Numbered from the stretch's first letter, positions 1 to 13,672 are shown. The stretch is 46,247 nucleotides of DNA from Octopus bimaculoides (GCF_001194135.2 NC_068985.1:70385927-70432173), one strand, 5' to 3'. The notes: generated from the sequence alone by a model not told the origin. Program-made: numbers and translations.

Positions 1-47
1 ATATATATATATATATCGATAGATAGGTAGATAGATAGATAGATAGA

Positions 48-78
<31 letters not shown>

Positions 79-1897
79 GTATATATGCGTATGTGTGTAT
101 GTGTGTGTGTGTATGTTTGTGTGTATACATTCATATATACATACATACAACCACACAGCTATACAAATATATATGTATACGATTAAACATGTTTTTGCAG
201 GAGTGTTCGTATGTGTACGTACGGATCTATATACGTCTATTATCTGTGTGTTTGTGTCTGTGTGCATGCATAGTGTGTGTTTATGTGTGTGTATGTGTGT
301 GTGTGTATGTGAATATAAACATGAAAACAGTGACAAAGAAAGAAGATGAGATATAGTTTCACTCTGGAGATTTTCTTCAGAGAAAAGAACTTAAAATGGA
401 CAGCATAAATTTAAACAATATTCTAAAATAACAGAAGATGTGGCTCAAATCTTGAAGTGAAGAAATCTGAAACGTGAACAAATGAAGTGTAAACAACACG
501 AAAACCTGTCATGACATGCACAGAGATGCAAAGCAATAGAAAGATTTGATGTCTGGGATATGCAAATTAGGCAATAAACAGTTGATAGTTGAGAAGATCA
601 TGGTAATTTTCAATCTATGGTTTCAGGCATCTGATAATTATTCCTTTTTTAATATGCAGGTTATAAAACTATCATTAATTTATGTATTAAAGAAGCAATA
701 CATATTATGTGTCTGTAGCCACATAATAACACTTTTGCTTGTGACCTTCTTCAATGTCAGCCGTTTATTGCGAATGATTTGAATACGGTTACTTTTGCAC
801 ATCTTGTCTACAATATATGATGTGTATGTGTGCCACAGCATTCTCAGAGATATCGCTTAATGGTTTTGGTATTGTTTACATTTTACTGTTAATTTCAATC
901 GTCTTCAGGTTTAAAATTCTATTGTTTTTTTTTTTGCTTTGTTTTTGTTTTTATTTATTTATTTATTTTGCTACTGGTGTATTCTAACACTAAAACGTGA
1001 ATGATTCAAGCAATTCATCACGCGCACACACACACACAGACACACACACACAGACACACACACACACACTCACACGCATGAAATTCAAATACACACAGAT
1101 ACACACATAATTATACATACATGTTTTTGTGTGTGTGTATATATATATATATATNNNNNNNNNNNNNNNNNNNNNNNNNNNNNNNNNNNNNNNNNNNNNN
1201 NNNNNNNNNNNNNNNNNNNNNNNNNNNNNNNNNNNNNNNNNNNNNNNNNNNNNNNNNNNNNNNNNNNNNNNNNNNNNNNNNNNNNNNNNNNNNNNNNNNN
1301 NNNNNNNNNNNNNNNNNNNNNNNNNNNNNNNNNNNNNNNNNNNNNNNNNNNNNNNNNNNNNNNNNNNNNNNNNNNNNNNNNNNNNNNNNNNNNNNNNNNN
1401 NNNNNNNNNNNNNNNNNNNNNNNNNNNNNNNNNNNNNNNNNNNNNNNNNNNNNNNNNNNNNNNNNNNNNNNNNNNNNNNNNNNNNNNNNNNNNNNNNNNN
1501 NNNNNNNNNNNNNNNNNNNNNNNNNNNNNNNNNNNNNNNNNNNNNNNNNNNNNNNNNNNNNNNNNNNNNNNNNNNNNNNNNNNNNNNNNNNNNNNNNNNN
1601 NNNNNNNNNNNNNNNNNNNNNNNNNNNNNNNNNNNNNNNNNNNNNNNNNNNNNNNNNNNNNNNNNNNNNNNNNNNNNNNNNNNNNNNNNNNNNNNNNNNN
1701 NNNNNNNNNNNNNNNNNNNNNNNNNNNNNNNNNNNNNNNNNNNNNNNNNNNNNNNNNNNNNNNNNNNNNNNNNNNNNNNNNNNNNNNNNNNNNNNNNNNN
1801 NNNNNNNNNNNNNNNNNNNNNNNNNNNNTATATATATATACTTATATCTACATATATGTGTATCAGTATATGTATACATATATACATATATTTAAAC

Positions 1898-1948
<51 letters not shown>

Positions 1949-2508
1949 CACACACACACACACACAAACATATATATATATATGTACACATATCTATGTA
2001 GATAAATTGATAGATAAATAGATACATAAAATTATTCACATTTACATATGTATGTATCTATGTACATAGATCTGTCTAAGTTTAAGTATACAAACCCCTG
2101 TATGTGTGCATTTGTGTATATAAGGGTTTCGTCTTAGAATGTGATGCATAAGTATAGCCTGTACATGGAAATATAATAGACACGTGCGTGAAATTCGGTA
2201 ATTAATGTTCGATTTGGAGCTAAGTGTGAACTTGAAAAGAGACTTACACTATCAATGAGATGTGGAACTAAGTCAGATGAATCAAAATGAATGATGTCTC
2301 ATTTATTATAAACACTGGGATATGGTGAGAGGTGACAAAGTAAAGGAGTTACATGCGCTATGGTAAAATAACAAATCAAATCGTTTGAGAAAATTAAAGA
2401 TGGCCTGATTGAAGAATAAATCTGTTTAATAGAGTCGAAAAATTGCAATGCGTGTGTATGGTGTGAGAACAACACAGTTCTGAGGTCGACTTCGTATACT
2501 TCCGCTGC

Positions 2509-2587
<79 letters not shown>

Positions 2588-2954
2588 AATCAGAATGCTA
2601 CTGGGTGTCTGGAAATATTGTTGAAATTTACACGTAGCACACCTTGCACACACAAACTACTTAGCTTCAGCGACGACTAACGGTATGTGACGTGAGCAAA
2701 CTGGCATGCATGCATGTGGGGTTAAAGAGAACGCTGCGCAATGTCGTGATGTTATTTTCGATCCCACTGCGCAGTAATTGGGAATTTTCTGTCATAGCCA
2801 CTGGTTGGCAATTACCTTATGCGTGGAATTTGGTATGGTAGAAGCTTGAGTCTAGATAGGAAAACTGACAGATAAACTTGAATGCGCGCGCACGTTTGTG
2901 CATGAGGTGTGCGTGGGCGTGTGTGAATGTGTACGTGTGTGCGAATTAAGCATT

Positions 2955-3085
2955 TTGCTTTGAAGGCACATAACTTAGGGTTCAGTTCCACTGAGCAATA
3001 CGTTAACAAATATCGTCTGTAATCCGGGACACTGACCATGTGAGTGTATTTGGTAGACGAAAACCATTTGAAAACACGTCGCATA
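2955..3085 (+). mobile_element. SINE fragment (family A, decayed)
   Basis: 'gggttcagttccactgagcaatacgttaacaaat...tgtgagtgtatttggtagacgaaaacc' has a B-box-like GGTTCAGTTC and resembles the copy at 11748-11900. Ends approximate. Confidence 0.6.
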
Positions 3086-3229
3086 ATTATGTGTGTGTCT
3101 GCGCGCATGCATGTTTTTATGAGTTCGTGTAGGTGTATCACTGTGCATCTGGTTTTTACTTCTAGAGAACAGATCTACTGTTCTTTACGTAGCTGTGGCT
3201 TGAGGGATTCACACAAATATACCGGTAGT

Positions 3230-3340
3230 TTGGGAGCCAGACTTAAGATAAGTACTTAGGATGATTTGATCAACTATACATTTGAAGGCGATGCTCCAGC
3301 ATGAACAAAGTCAAATTCAAATGGCTGAAATAAGTAGAAA
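3230..3340 (+). mobile_element. SINE/LINE 3' tail fragment
   Basis: 'gaaggcgatgctccagcatg...tcaaatggctgaaataagtagaaa' is related to the reverse-oriented 'gcggcatgctggagcaccacc' near 33990-34012. Confidence 0.5.
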
Positions 3341-3684
3341 CTAACGTTCGCGTGTGTGTTTATGTATATGTGCATATGGGGGGGAGGCACGCTCGAGCTT
3401 GTGTATATATTTATATTATATCATATATCATATATGACACCGGTCGTGGAAGGAGAAGAGATGGGTAGGGGGCAGCGGGATTGAAGGATTTGAAAAAAAT
3501 CAGAGACAAAGAGAAAGGTACAGGGGAGATAAACGAGTGGGAAATAGTGGGAGTTAAAGAAAGAGAGGGTCAAGAAATGTGAGTGCGGGGGACCGAAAAA
3601 TGAAGAAAATGAGAGGGTAGTAAAAAGACAGAGTAAGAGTCGTACAATATATATATGTATGCGTGTCTGTGTGTGTATGTAAGC

Positions 3685-3770
<86 letters not shown>

Positions 3771-4612
3771 TAAAATCCTATATAAGCAAAGTAGGATCCT
3801 CTATAAAAGGATGGAAGCATTCAATTTTACACTGGTCTGGTTTGGCGGTTTCATACCCAATATAGCAGAAAAAACTTTTTTATAATTCAAATAGGTATAT
3901 ATTCACTATAGAAAAAGGAAAAGAAAATGAATATTTACGATCGACATATTTTAATTTATTAACATATTATATTATTATAATATAATATAATATAATATAA
4001 TATAATATAATATAATACAAATATGAATATTATAATCCCACAATTGTTTCGATTCAAACCCAATAATAAATTTATAAAAGTTCATGTTTATGGGAAAGAA
4101 TCTCATCAGGGAAATATTTGAACAAAATTACAGATGAGGATTTTGGATCTTAGAACATTCCTTTCTAGGATCTAAAATGTTTGCGTGCTTGTACGTGTGT
4201 GTGTATGTGTATGTGTATGCGTGTGTGTGTGCGTGTGTGTGTGTTTGCATGTGTGCATGTTTATTTGTGCGTGTACCTCTGTCTGAGTGTGACTGTGTAT
4301 GCGTTTGTGTACGTGCGTCCGTTATGTATAGATGTTTCTCCATATGTGTCCTTGTGTGAAGGGTGCGTGTGTGTATTTGGTCATGTGTTTCATGTTTTCA
4401 TTTGCGTCTGTATGTGTGCATGTGTGCATGTGTATGCTTTTCTGTCCATATTACCCATCTATTTATCTATTTGTATATCTATCTGTTTACATTCATATCC
4501 ATTTAGCTACATATATATGGATATACACACATAAGTACATATATATCTACACATACGTCTGCATAACAGGCTACTAACCACTGTACCTGTATATATATGA
4601 TATTTTAGTGTA

Positions 4613-4667
4613 ACAGACGTATGACAGACGTATGACAGACGTATGACAGACGTATGACAGACGTATG
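4613..4667. repeat. Perfect 11 bp tandem repeat (ACAGACGTATG)x5
   Basis: Five exact copies read directly from the sequence. Confidence 0.95.
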
Positions 4668-4783
4668 TATGCTTAATGAAGCAAAGCATGTAAATCTCCT
4701 TGTCCTGCAGTACTTAGCAAACAAACAGAATGCAGTCATCTTACATAAATATGTCTAGTGTTACTAGTGAGATTAACTTCCAG

Positions 4784-5654
4784 GATGTTAGTGTATATGA
4801 TGAGTTTTCTGTAAACAAGCCAATGCAAATTAGCCATCAAAATACACAGTATAATCGAAATCGTGTATGGGCTAGCGTAAGTCTCTCTCCACAACTATAG
4901 AGCAAGAATTTGTATGGACTCTTCTCGCTGATCAAATATTTTTTTTACGTCTCTCTCTCAGGTAAATATGTGCGTTTCATCAAAAATTAAATTTAACCGT
5001 AGCATTAGAATATGAGGTTGTCGTCTCAGAAATATGTAAATAGGCTTCCATATTGGATTTAAACTTGGAAATCGGGTACAAATGTTGCCTTACGCTTAAC
5101 AAGATCACGGCCTTGTCTTGTGAGTCTTGCATCACCCTGCTTGGCCTCTTAGAAGCTTCCTTTCTGAAGTGCATTAGGTAGGCAGAGAGTGTATTTAATC
5201 TGATATTCGTTTTAACAATGCCAGCTGACCCTTCTGAACTATTAACTGATTCCACGTTGTTGAGAGCATTAATCTGTAATTAATTTACTGATTAACAAAT
5301 TCTGTAAACATTCCATGCATTACAACATATTATTCCACACTGCCCTTAAAAAGCAACGGTATCATATGTTAACTCTTTTGCACAGACCTGGATCTATGGC
5401 ATTCTTTGCCGTTTTCTTTCGATCTTTCTCACTATCCTTAATTTTTAGGCAGAAATATTTGATTATAAAATGTTTTATGATAATAGTAAAGTCATTGGCC
5501 ATATGCATGTTTATTCTATATATTTCAGTTATAAGGATCCAAAAAGAATCAAGACATATCAACGTGAATCAAACCTAATTGCAGAGAGTCAATGGATTAT
5601 TCAACAATCCGTTGCGTCATTCCGTGTTGAAAAGTTGCATGACGAGTTTGGAAG
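4784..5654 (+). CDS. Candidate host exons of an unidentified protein: 4784-4876, 5044-5177, 5529-5654
   Basis: All are AG/GT-bounded open frames with compatible phases (0-0, 0-2, 2-2): DVSVYDEFSVNKPMQISHQNTQYNRNRVWAS / ASILDLNLEIGYKCC...FLKCI / YKDPKRIKTYQRESNLIAESQWIIQQSVASFRVEKLHDEFG. No homology recognised; the middle acceptor and last donor are weak. Confidence 0.25.
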
Positions 5655-5856
5655 GTGCATGGTTCGTTGCTTAGCTGAATAATTGTATTATACTTACATC
5701 AAAATAAGAACTAACAAAAAAACTGTAGCAATTCCCAGAAATCTATTTCTTAGTTTTATTTTACAGAAACACGCACACACACACTCACACTCACACGCAC
5801 ACACTTGCACTCTCTCACACACACACACATATACATATATACATATATATACATAT

Positions 5857-5909
<53 letters not shown>

Positions 5910-5910
<1 letters not shown>

Positions 5911-5961
5911 TAACAGAGGCTCCCGACATTGCCCAGGAATGAAATATCGCCTTACATATTG

Positions 5962-6028
<67 letters not shown>

Positions 6029-7350
6029 CGAAAATACAAATTTTACCACTTTTATGAAAGGAGATAAATTCTACCACATATGTTGAAGGAAATCATGTAA
6101 GAGCTTCTTTGTAAACAACATTCTTTGTTTCTGGTTTGGAGCATAAACAAATAAGTCTTGCAAATTACCTACCCTGGAGCAACCAACAAAGTTGACCACG
6201 AGAAAATGAAACCAGTAGATTGATTTCAAAGACTGACCTTGATCTTTATTAATAGACATTGCAAAGCAAAGTTGCACTGAGAATTGTTTGAACTCAAAGG
6301 GCATGTATGTTGGTTTGACTGGAATTCTTGGAACGAAAACCTCTTCCCATGAGGGACATCCAGTGATGATGGTAGCTTCTGTCACATTAGATGATAATGT
6401 CTTCACAATCAACCTTTTCTCATTGTTTATTTTAGGAGAATCAAACTTTCTTAGAAGCGTTATTGGAACTCATACCTTCAGAAAAAGTTTATGTGGAGGA
6501 ATTCCAGGTGGTTCAAGAGAATTAAGGAACTCTGTTGGGCTAATGGACAGTTTGATTTTTATTATGGACTGAATCAATTGATTTGTACTTCTTAATGACT
6601 GTTGGGATCTTATTCATTAATTCATGGTTAACTCTTGCTACTGCCTAATTTTTTGGATTAAGAATACCCTTTCACACAACCAGTTATGTGAATTATAATT
6701 ATTTCTTAAGTCTGGCAACACCCTGTTCTTCAATTGAGCTAGGGAATTCATCGCGATAGCAATATTAGCCAAACTGATATCATCATACCCATCAAGTGGT
6801 ACTTTCCCATTTCCTAATAGGAGGAGGCAGGTTGAAAACTGTTTTGCACATTGGTCCCCATGTAACAAAGCTGGCACGTTAGTATTGAGGGATAATTTCA
6901 GTACTTTATTTAATAGGAGTGATGACTTAATGCATGCTTTTATTTCATCAGATTTTGTTCGTCTCAGAATGACTGGTAATGTCTGTCTGAAGTCTCGTGA
7001 TAAAACTAATGTAACACCTCCCATAAATGTCCTTTAAGGTGTTACCAAGAGTGTCCATTGCTCTCTATGTGACACGGTGCACAACACTTCTGCTGAAGCT
7101 GAAACTTTACTTCTGTTACAATTGGACTGTCACTTGTGACCAGATGTCGTGGTAAATTAAAAGTAGAATGAGCTGTTCGACAGCCTGGGAGAATGGTTAT
7201 AGCAAAGCCAGACAATGTTACAGTAACTACAATTTTATTTGTTTGCCTTACTTTGGAGATAAGTAATGTTAGAAATGTTTTACGTGTGTCACCAGGAGCA
7301 TCAAGACAGAAAATTACTCTGCTTTTTTATGACGATTGTGGAACGCCGCC
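5910..7350 (-). mobile_element. Helitron remnant H1: decayed PIF1-type helicase plus 3' terminus
   Basis: Minus-strand translation gives a decayed Walker A (FCLDAPGDTRKTFL), GCRTAHSTF, GGVTLVLSRDFRQTLPVI, EFLNSLEPPGIPPHKL and FAMSINKDQGQSL. It ends in GGGCAATGTCGGG-N-TTAG|T, a decayed hairpin plus CTAG-like end, inside an (AT)n tract. Confidence 0.92.
6071..7350 (-). pseudogene. Helitron RepHel helicase domain, disrupted by stops and frameshifts
   Basis: ORFs 6638..7024 and 6071..6412 plus flanking frames reconstruct the SF1B helicase from Walker A to the C-terminal SINKxQGQSL motif. Confidence 0.9.
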
Positions 7351-8036
7351 CTCACACACGCACACACAGATACATATACATACATTATCAAACCACAGAT
7401 GAAATGGAGATGTGTGTGTGTGTGTATGAGAGAGAGAGAGCGGGAGAGAGAGGGAGAGGAAGGGAGAGTGAGAGGGAGGGAGAAGGAGGGAGAGGGAGAG
7501 AGAGGGAGAGGGAGAGAAAGGGAGAGGAAGTGAAGGGATGTGTCGTCATATATACGTACATGCATAAATAATAGACGTACATCTTTCTTGTATGTATGTT
7601 TGCGTGTGTGTGTAAGAGAGAGAGAGAGAGAGAGAGAGTGCTACTTAGACATCAGTCTCTTCTCTCACACGCACATACATAGAGAAAAGGTGTATGTATA
7701 CGTATTTATGTATGTACGAATATATGACAACACATCCCTTCACTCACTCACTCACTCACTCACTCACTCACTCACTCACTCACTCACTCACACACAGACA
7801 CACACAATACATAAATGTATACAAACGTACATGCAAAAGCACGTGTGCGTGTGTGACTTATAAATACATACAATTGAACACGGAGTGAAAAAGAAAATAA
7901 GTAAAAACATTTTACTTAAATAAACGAAGTTCCAGCAAAATAATGCCCATATTTTTTGGGGCGCCACATGTCTAATAGCAAAATTTTGACGTGATATTTG
8001 TGTAATAAAGAAATCAAACCTGGTGTATGTGTGTGC

Positions 8037-8107
<71 letters not shown>

Positions 8108-8229
8108 TGTGTGTGAGTATGCGTGTGAGAGAGAGATAGAATATTGCAAACAATGAATGAGATGGACATAGAATGAAATAAATTGTGTAAATAAAAGCAT
8201 GTACAGAATATCTAGATATTTCTTTCAGC

Positions 8230-9414
8230 AATTTATCGTAGTTGTTTACAAATATCGAATTAAAACTTGAAATGAAAGCATGAAAATTTAGACAAGGACA
8301 GACTTCACCGTTTTTATGTCAATACCGGAAGTTGACAGTGAGAAACCTTTTTGAAGAAGTGAATCTAATGTAGAAAATTTCATTAAAAAATATCCATTTT
8401 CTTGAAATTTAAGACGAATGGAAGCAGAATCGGGTGAATTTTCAATAAATTCCCACCTTTCGTAAAACAGTTACCCCCCCCCCATTCGCGAACATTTTAT
8501 ATATTCGAAATTGATGTGATAAAACATATTCGTGGAAACATTTATTAAAAAATATCTATTATTCTGAAAGTTATGCTCATGGAAATTGTGTTGGGGGCAG
8601 AAATCTGTAGTTATGCCGACAAATTTGACACTTTAATTCTACGAATGGTTACATATCTATAGAGAAATACACGAGTGCAGAAGATAGTAAACAATGAGAA
8701 TAACTTGGTAACGGAAATTATGTTTCTTAATATGACGGGCAGAAAGTAAATAAGAAATTTTAACGGAAAAGAAAGTATTATACGGTTTGAAGCGAAATTT
8801 GTCACTCAATGAACCAAAGAACTAGTATCGAAGAAACCAGAAAGAAAACGGCAACAACAGCAAATCACAAGACTGTATGGTTTTAAGTGAAATTTAGGAA
8901 GATATTTCTGTCAGTAAATCATGAAATTACTTACATCAGTAATTTTGAACTTGTTTCTGTCAGTAATTTGTCGTTGTTTGTTTGTAAAAAGCGATTCAAA
9001 ACTTATTACAGTGAAAACAATAACAATGGCGTATGAAAATTGAAAGTGAAAAGAATAGGTTCTGAAAAATGAAAGTAAAAACAAGAGATATAGATAGAGA
9101 GATATGTTACAGAGAGATAGAGATAGATAGAGGTAGATAGAGAGAGATCGATAGAGAGATATACATAAAGAGACATGTTACATCACTGACGCTAGAAAAC
9201 CGGAAGTGAAAATATAAAACTCTTTGAAAGACGTGAATGTTATATAAAAAGCACTATTTCTTAATTTTTTTTTAATTTTTAAGAAAAAGTCAAATGAAGA
9301 CCCTATTATATGTCCGAGGTCAAATTATTCATGCATCACAAATATGGAAGTAATTGGTGAAGCCGTTTTCGCATAAAAAATGAATACGCACACATCTCTA
9401 TATTATATATTAGA
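8230..9414 (-). mobile_element. Non-autonomous Helitron-like segment with a 5' TC terminus at 9414
   Basis: Minus strand begins A|TCTAATATATAATATAGAGATGTGTGCG, the typical Helitron 5' end at an A|T site. The internal motif ACCGGAAGT..GAA..GTGAAT occurs near 8325 and 9200. Left boundary uncertain. Confidence 0.55.
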
Positions 9415-9441
9415 TATATATGGTATATGATATATATGTAT

Positions 9442-9513
<72 letters not shown>

Positions 9514-9522
9514 GCATACAAA

Positions 9523-9853
9523 GGCACGTGACTCAGTTCTTAGAGCATCGGGCTCACAATGATGAGGTTGTGAGTTCAATTCGAGATGCATGTTGTGTTT
9601 TTGAGCTAGATAGTTTATTTCATGTTTCTCCAGTTCACTCAGCTGTAGTAATGAGTTGCGACCTCACTGGTGCCAAGCAGTATCGGGCTTTTCTTTTCAC
9701 TCGGATAACATTGGTGGCGTGGAGTGGGAAAGGCTCGGATGCATGGGCAACCGCTGGTCTTCCATAAACAACTTTGCCCAGGCTTGTGGCTGTGAGGGGA
9801 ACTCTCTAGGTGGAATCGCATGGTCCCCCGAAGTGGGTCTTCACCCTTTAACC
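9523..9853 (+). mobile_element. tRNA-derived SINE, near full length
   Basis: A box (GGCACGTGACTCAGTTCTTAGAGC) and B box (GAGTTCAATTC) with tRNA-like spacing, a body containing CAGTTCACTCAGCTG, and a (CA)n tail. Confidence 0.75.
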
Positions 9854-9899
<46 letters not shown>

Positions 9900-9921
9900 T
9901 ACATACATATATATATATATA

Positions 9922-9999
9922 CTAGCAGTATAGCCCGGCTTTGCCCGGAATTAAGTTGGGATTATTAAGCTAATTAAGTTCTTTATTTCAAACCAAACT
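9922..9999 (-). mobile_element. Helitron 3' terminus H2, running into an assembly gap
   Basis: Minus strand reads CCGGGCAAAGCCGGG (hairpin) then CTATACTG-CTAG|T, inserted in (AT)n. Confidence 0.8.
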
Positions 10000-10771
10000 N
10001 NNNNNNNNNNNNNNNNNNNNNNNNNNNNNNNNNNNNNNNNNNNNNNNNNNNNNNNNNNNNNNNNNNNNNNNNNNNNNNNNNNNNNNNNNNNNNNNNNNNN
10101 NNNNNNNNNNNNNNNNNNNNNNNNNNNNNNNNNNNNNNNNNNNNNNNNNNNNNNNNNNNNNNNNNNNNNNNNNNNNNNNNNNNNNNNNNNNNNNNNNNNN
10201 NNNNNNNNNNNNNNNNNNNNNNNNNNNNNNNNNNNNNNNNNNNNNNNNNNNNNNNNNNNNNNNNNNNNNNNNNNNNNNNNNNNNNNNNNNNNNNNNNNNN
10301 NNNNNNNNNNNNNNNNNNNNNNNNATATATATATATATATATATATATATAGAACACGGATGTTACGAAAGTAAAACGTTAATGTTCGAAACTGCAGCAG
10401 GCCATAGATAATTCTTTATTCTGTATATTTCTCATTTTGTCCTGTTCTGGCGTTTTGCGAAATTTTTCTGGAGAACATTATTTTTCTTTGTGGTTGGGTC
10501 GTTGATGACCTCTTTCTAGCATATTGGATGTCCATCTAGTGGTCATCCCTTATACACGTGTAATACAATTTTTTCTGAATTTTCAGATTTGTTATATGCT
10601 AGGCCACTCAATTTATCATCCTATCTATATAAATATATATATATATATACTTATATGAGCAACACATGCATACACACACGCACGTATGTACACCAATTGC
10701 ATACATATTTTTTGTACGCATACATGTGTGTGTGTGTGTTGTGTGTGTTGTGTGTGTGTGTTGTGTTGCCC

Positions 10772-10816
<45 letters not shown>

Positions 10817-11747
10817 GCCCGTATATCAACAAAACACACACACCTTGCCTTACATATATATACGGTTAAATGATTTGAAATAAATATATGTTGGAAATGG
10901 CGATTTACGGTACAATACCTAGAAACGTGAAAATCAGACCACATGGGTTTGTTTACATCAATTCAGCAGAGATAGAGAGAGCGCGCTCTCCCTCTCTATC
11001 TCTCTCCCTCCCTTACACACATTTATCTCTCTTTCTTTCTTTCTTTTTTTTTTCTTTCGTTCTTTCTTTCTTTCTTTCTCTCTCTCCCTGTCTCACACAC
11101 ACAGCAACATTACACACACACATGCTGCTCTCTCACACTAACAAAAGAACTTCACATACAAACCACACTTTCTGTCTGGCATACTCACTATAAAAAGATA
11201 GCGTCTATTTCTTTTTGGCAACATTTGTTTTGTGTGTAATGTTGCTGTGTGTGTGTGAGAGANNNNNNNNNNNNNNNNNNNNNNNNNNNNNNNNNNNNNN
11301 NNNNNNNNNNNNNNNNNNNNNNNNNNNNNNNNNNNNNNNNNNNNNNNNNNNNNNNNNNNNNNNNNNNNNNNNNNNNNNNNNNNNNNNNNNNNNNNNNNNN
11401 NNNNNNNNNNNNNNNNNNNNNNNNNNNNNNNNNNNNNNNNNNNNNNNNNNNNNNNNNNNNNNNNNNNNNNNNNNNNNNNNNNNNNNNNNNNNNNNNNNNN
11501 NNNNNNNNNNNNNNNNNNNNNNNNNNNNNNNNNNNNNNNNNNNNNNNNNNNNNNNNNNNNNNNNNNNNNNNNNNNNNNNNNNNNNNNNNNNNNNNNNNNN
11601 NNNNNNNNNNNNNNNNNNNNNNNNNNNNNNNNNNNNNNNNNNNNNNNNNNNNNNNNNNNNNNNNNNNNNNNNNNNNNNNNNNNNNNNNNNNNNNNNNNNN
11701 NNNNNNNNNNNNNNNNNNNNNNNNNNNNNNNNNNNNTATATATATGG

Positions 11748-11900
11748 ATGGTGGCATGGCTGTACTAAGAGGTTTACTCTTGACGATATGTTTTGCTTCA
11801 GTCCCTGTGTGCAGTATCCCTGGCAAAGTGCTTTCTAAAATATAGCCATGGGCTGACCAAAATCTTGATGGAAACAGAAAGCAGCTCGTCATGTGCGTTT
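11748..11900 (+). mobile_element. SINE fragment (family A, decayed)
   Basis: 'ggtggcatggctgtactaagagg...gcttcagtccctgtgtgcag...ggctgaccaaaatcttgatggaaacagaaagcagctcgtc' has a tRNA-like head and resembles 2955-3085. Confidence 0.55.
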
Positions 11901-12486
11901 GTGTGTATGTGCATGTGTCTGCTCTTCACCGTTGCTTGTCAACCAACGTTGATTTGTTTACGGTCATGTAACTTAGCTTTTCCGAAAAAGCGATCGATAG
12001 AATAATTACGAGGTTTGAAAAAGAAGTACTTTTGTCGATTTGTTCCAATAAATCTTCTGCTCGATACCTCTGTATGGCTGTGGTTTAATGAGTGAAAGAA
12101 ATAAACTACAAAATATAAAACAAGTCTTCGAGCAGAAAGATAAATAGCACTCATATCATTTATATGTAGGTGTAAGTAACTAAGAACAGGTTAACACAGT
12201 TCCCATTCCTAAAATAGGTGGAGATACACATTTGTGCTGAGCATATATATGTAGATACCTATCAGCACTATGCAACTTTAAGTAATAAGACACGAGTCAA
12301 CCTGCTTTACTACACGCACACAAGCACATGTATACACATTCACACATACTTATATGCAGATAGATAAGCAGAGGGTAAAGTAGACACATACTTAGGTAAA
12401 TAGATACATGTGTAAATTGATTGATACATCGATCGATCGACTGATATGAATATATATATATAGTATGAGTGAGAGAGAGAGAGAGA

Positions 12487-12532
<46 letters not shown>

Positions 12533-12741
12533 TCGAAAATTCGATTTCTAATTGGAAGTACAAAGAAAGCTATCGGACAGTTAACGAACAGTAAATGATG
12601 TGTGTATGGGTTAGCAAAATAATGATGAAGAAACAAAGAGATTCTAAGAGAGACCGTTATTCATGCGACACAGTTAAGTGCTAGAATACAATGAAACAAG
12701 ATTATGAAAGAAGGATTTATAATGAATCAAAGAGATACTCG

Positions 12742-12968
12742 CTTTCTAGTATTGGTTTCAAATTTGGGTACAAGGTCAGCAATTTCGGGCGAAGGTGTAA
12801 ATCGATTACAAAGAGCCCAGTACTCAACTGGTACTTGCTGCATTGACTCTCAAAAAGGGAGGAAACGCAAAGTCCATGTCGGCGGATTTTGATCTCAGAA
12901 CGTGAAGACGGACGAAATGCTGCTAAGCATTTGCCCGGAGTGCTAATGATTCTGACAGCTTGCCGCCT
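12742..12968 (-). mobile_element. tRNA-derived SINE (family B), near full length
   Basis: Reverse complement starts GGCGGCAAGCTGTCAGAATCATTAGCACTCCGGGCAAATGCTTAGC and matches the plus-strand copy at 34248-34532. Confidence 0.85.
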
Positions 12969-13672
12969 TAATTCCGATAGTAATAATTGATATAAGTGAG
13001 TATAAATTGTTTGTATAGATGCATAGCATATAATGAAGTTATTCGTATACTCATTACTATTTCTAATTATTTAAATTCTTCTTGTGAGCTAGTATCAAAC
13101 AAATGCAAAACCCCGTTATTGGAATGTAGATAACAAAACAAATTCGCATTTTTGATATTGAGAAATGTCTTGTATTTACTGTTCCGCTTGTACATTGTGT
13201 TTGCAGCATACGTGTTTACTGGTTGATTTTTTCTGAAAACGTCAACTTCTCCAGATTGCCATTTCAGCATTAATGCACTACACCAAAGTACCAAATAATA
13301 TAGATATGAATGTGAATTATAATTTGGATTATAATTTGGAGAATATTTCGGAACAACTCTCAGTGGTTAACCTTTTTCCATTTGATTTATCGAAAAAATG
13401 TACAAGACCGAGCGACTGAACACTATGACAATACATATTTTTTTCCCGCAATCCCAAACAAACAGTCTACTGAGCACATTGGCTGAAATTACGTTTCCTT
13501 CTAGTGTCCGAACGTTTAGAATGTTATTTTTAAATCTCTGATAATGTTGAAATATTCCCAACAGATATGTTCCATTCCGTCCGAACATTGCATACGAAAG
13601 TTCTGGATATATCAATACATAATATATTTGTATGTATTAATACGAGTAGATATGATATACAAACATATTTCA

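Noticed and set aside
4980-5255. Minus-strand ORF MESVNSSEG... as a gene
   Set aside because: No recognised homology and no phase-compatible partner exons found. Kept only as an alternative to the plus-strand model.
5386-5448. GPCR-like peptide TWIYGILCRFLSIFLTIL after an AG
   Set aside because: In-frame stop after 20 codons, no donor site, and no other GPCR helices nearby.
5698-5768. Minus-strand signal-anchor-like peptide IKLRNRFLGIATVFLLVLIL with a GTAAGT donor
   Set aside because: No start codon or credible acceptor (it runs into a CA repeat), and its phase does not match the downstream minus frames.
6288-6572. Plus-strand 94 aa ORF
   Set aside because: Antisense shadow of the Helitron helicase.
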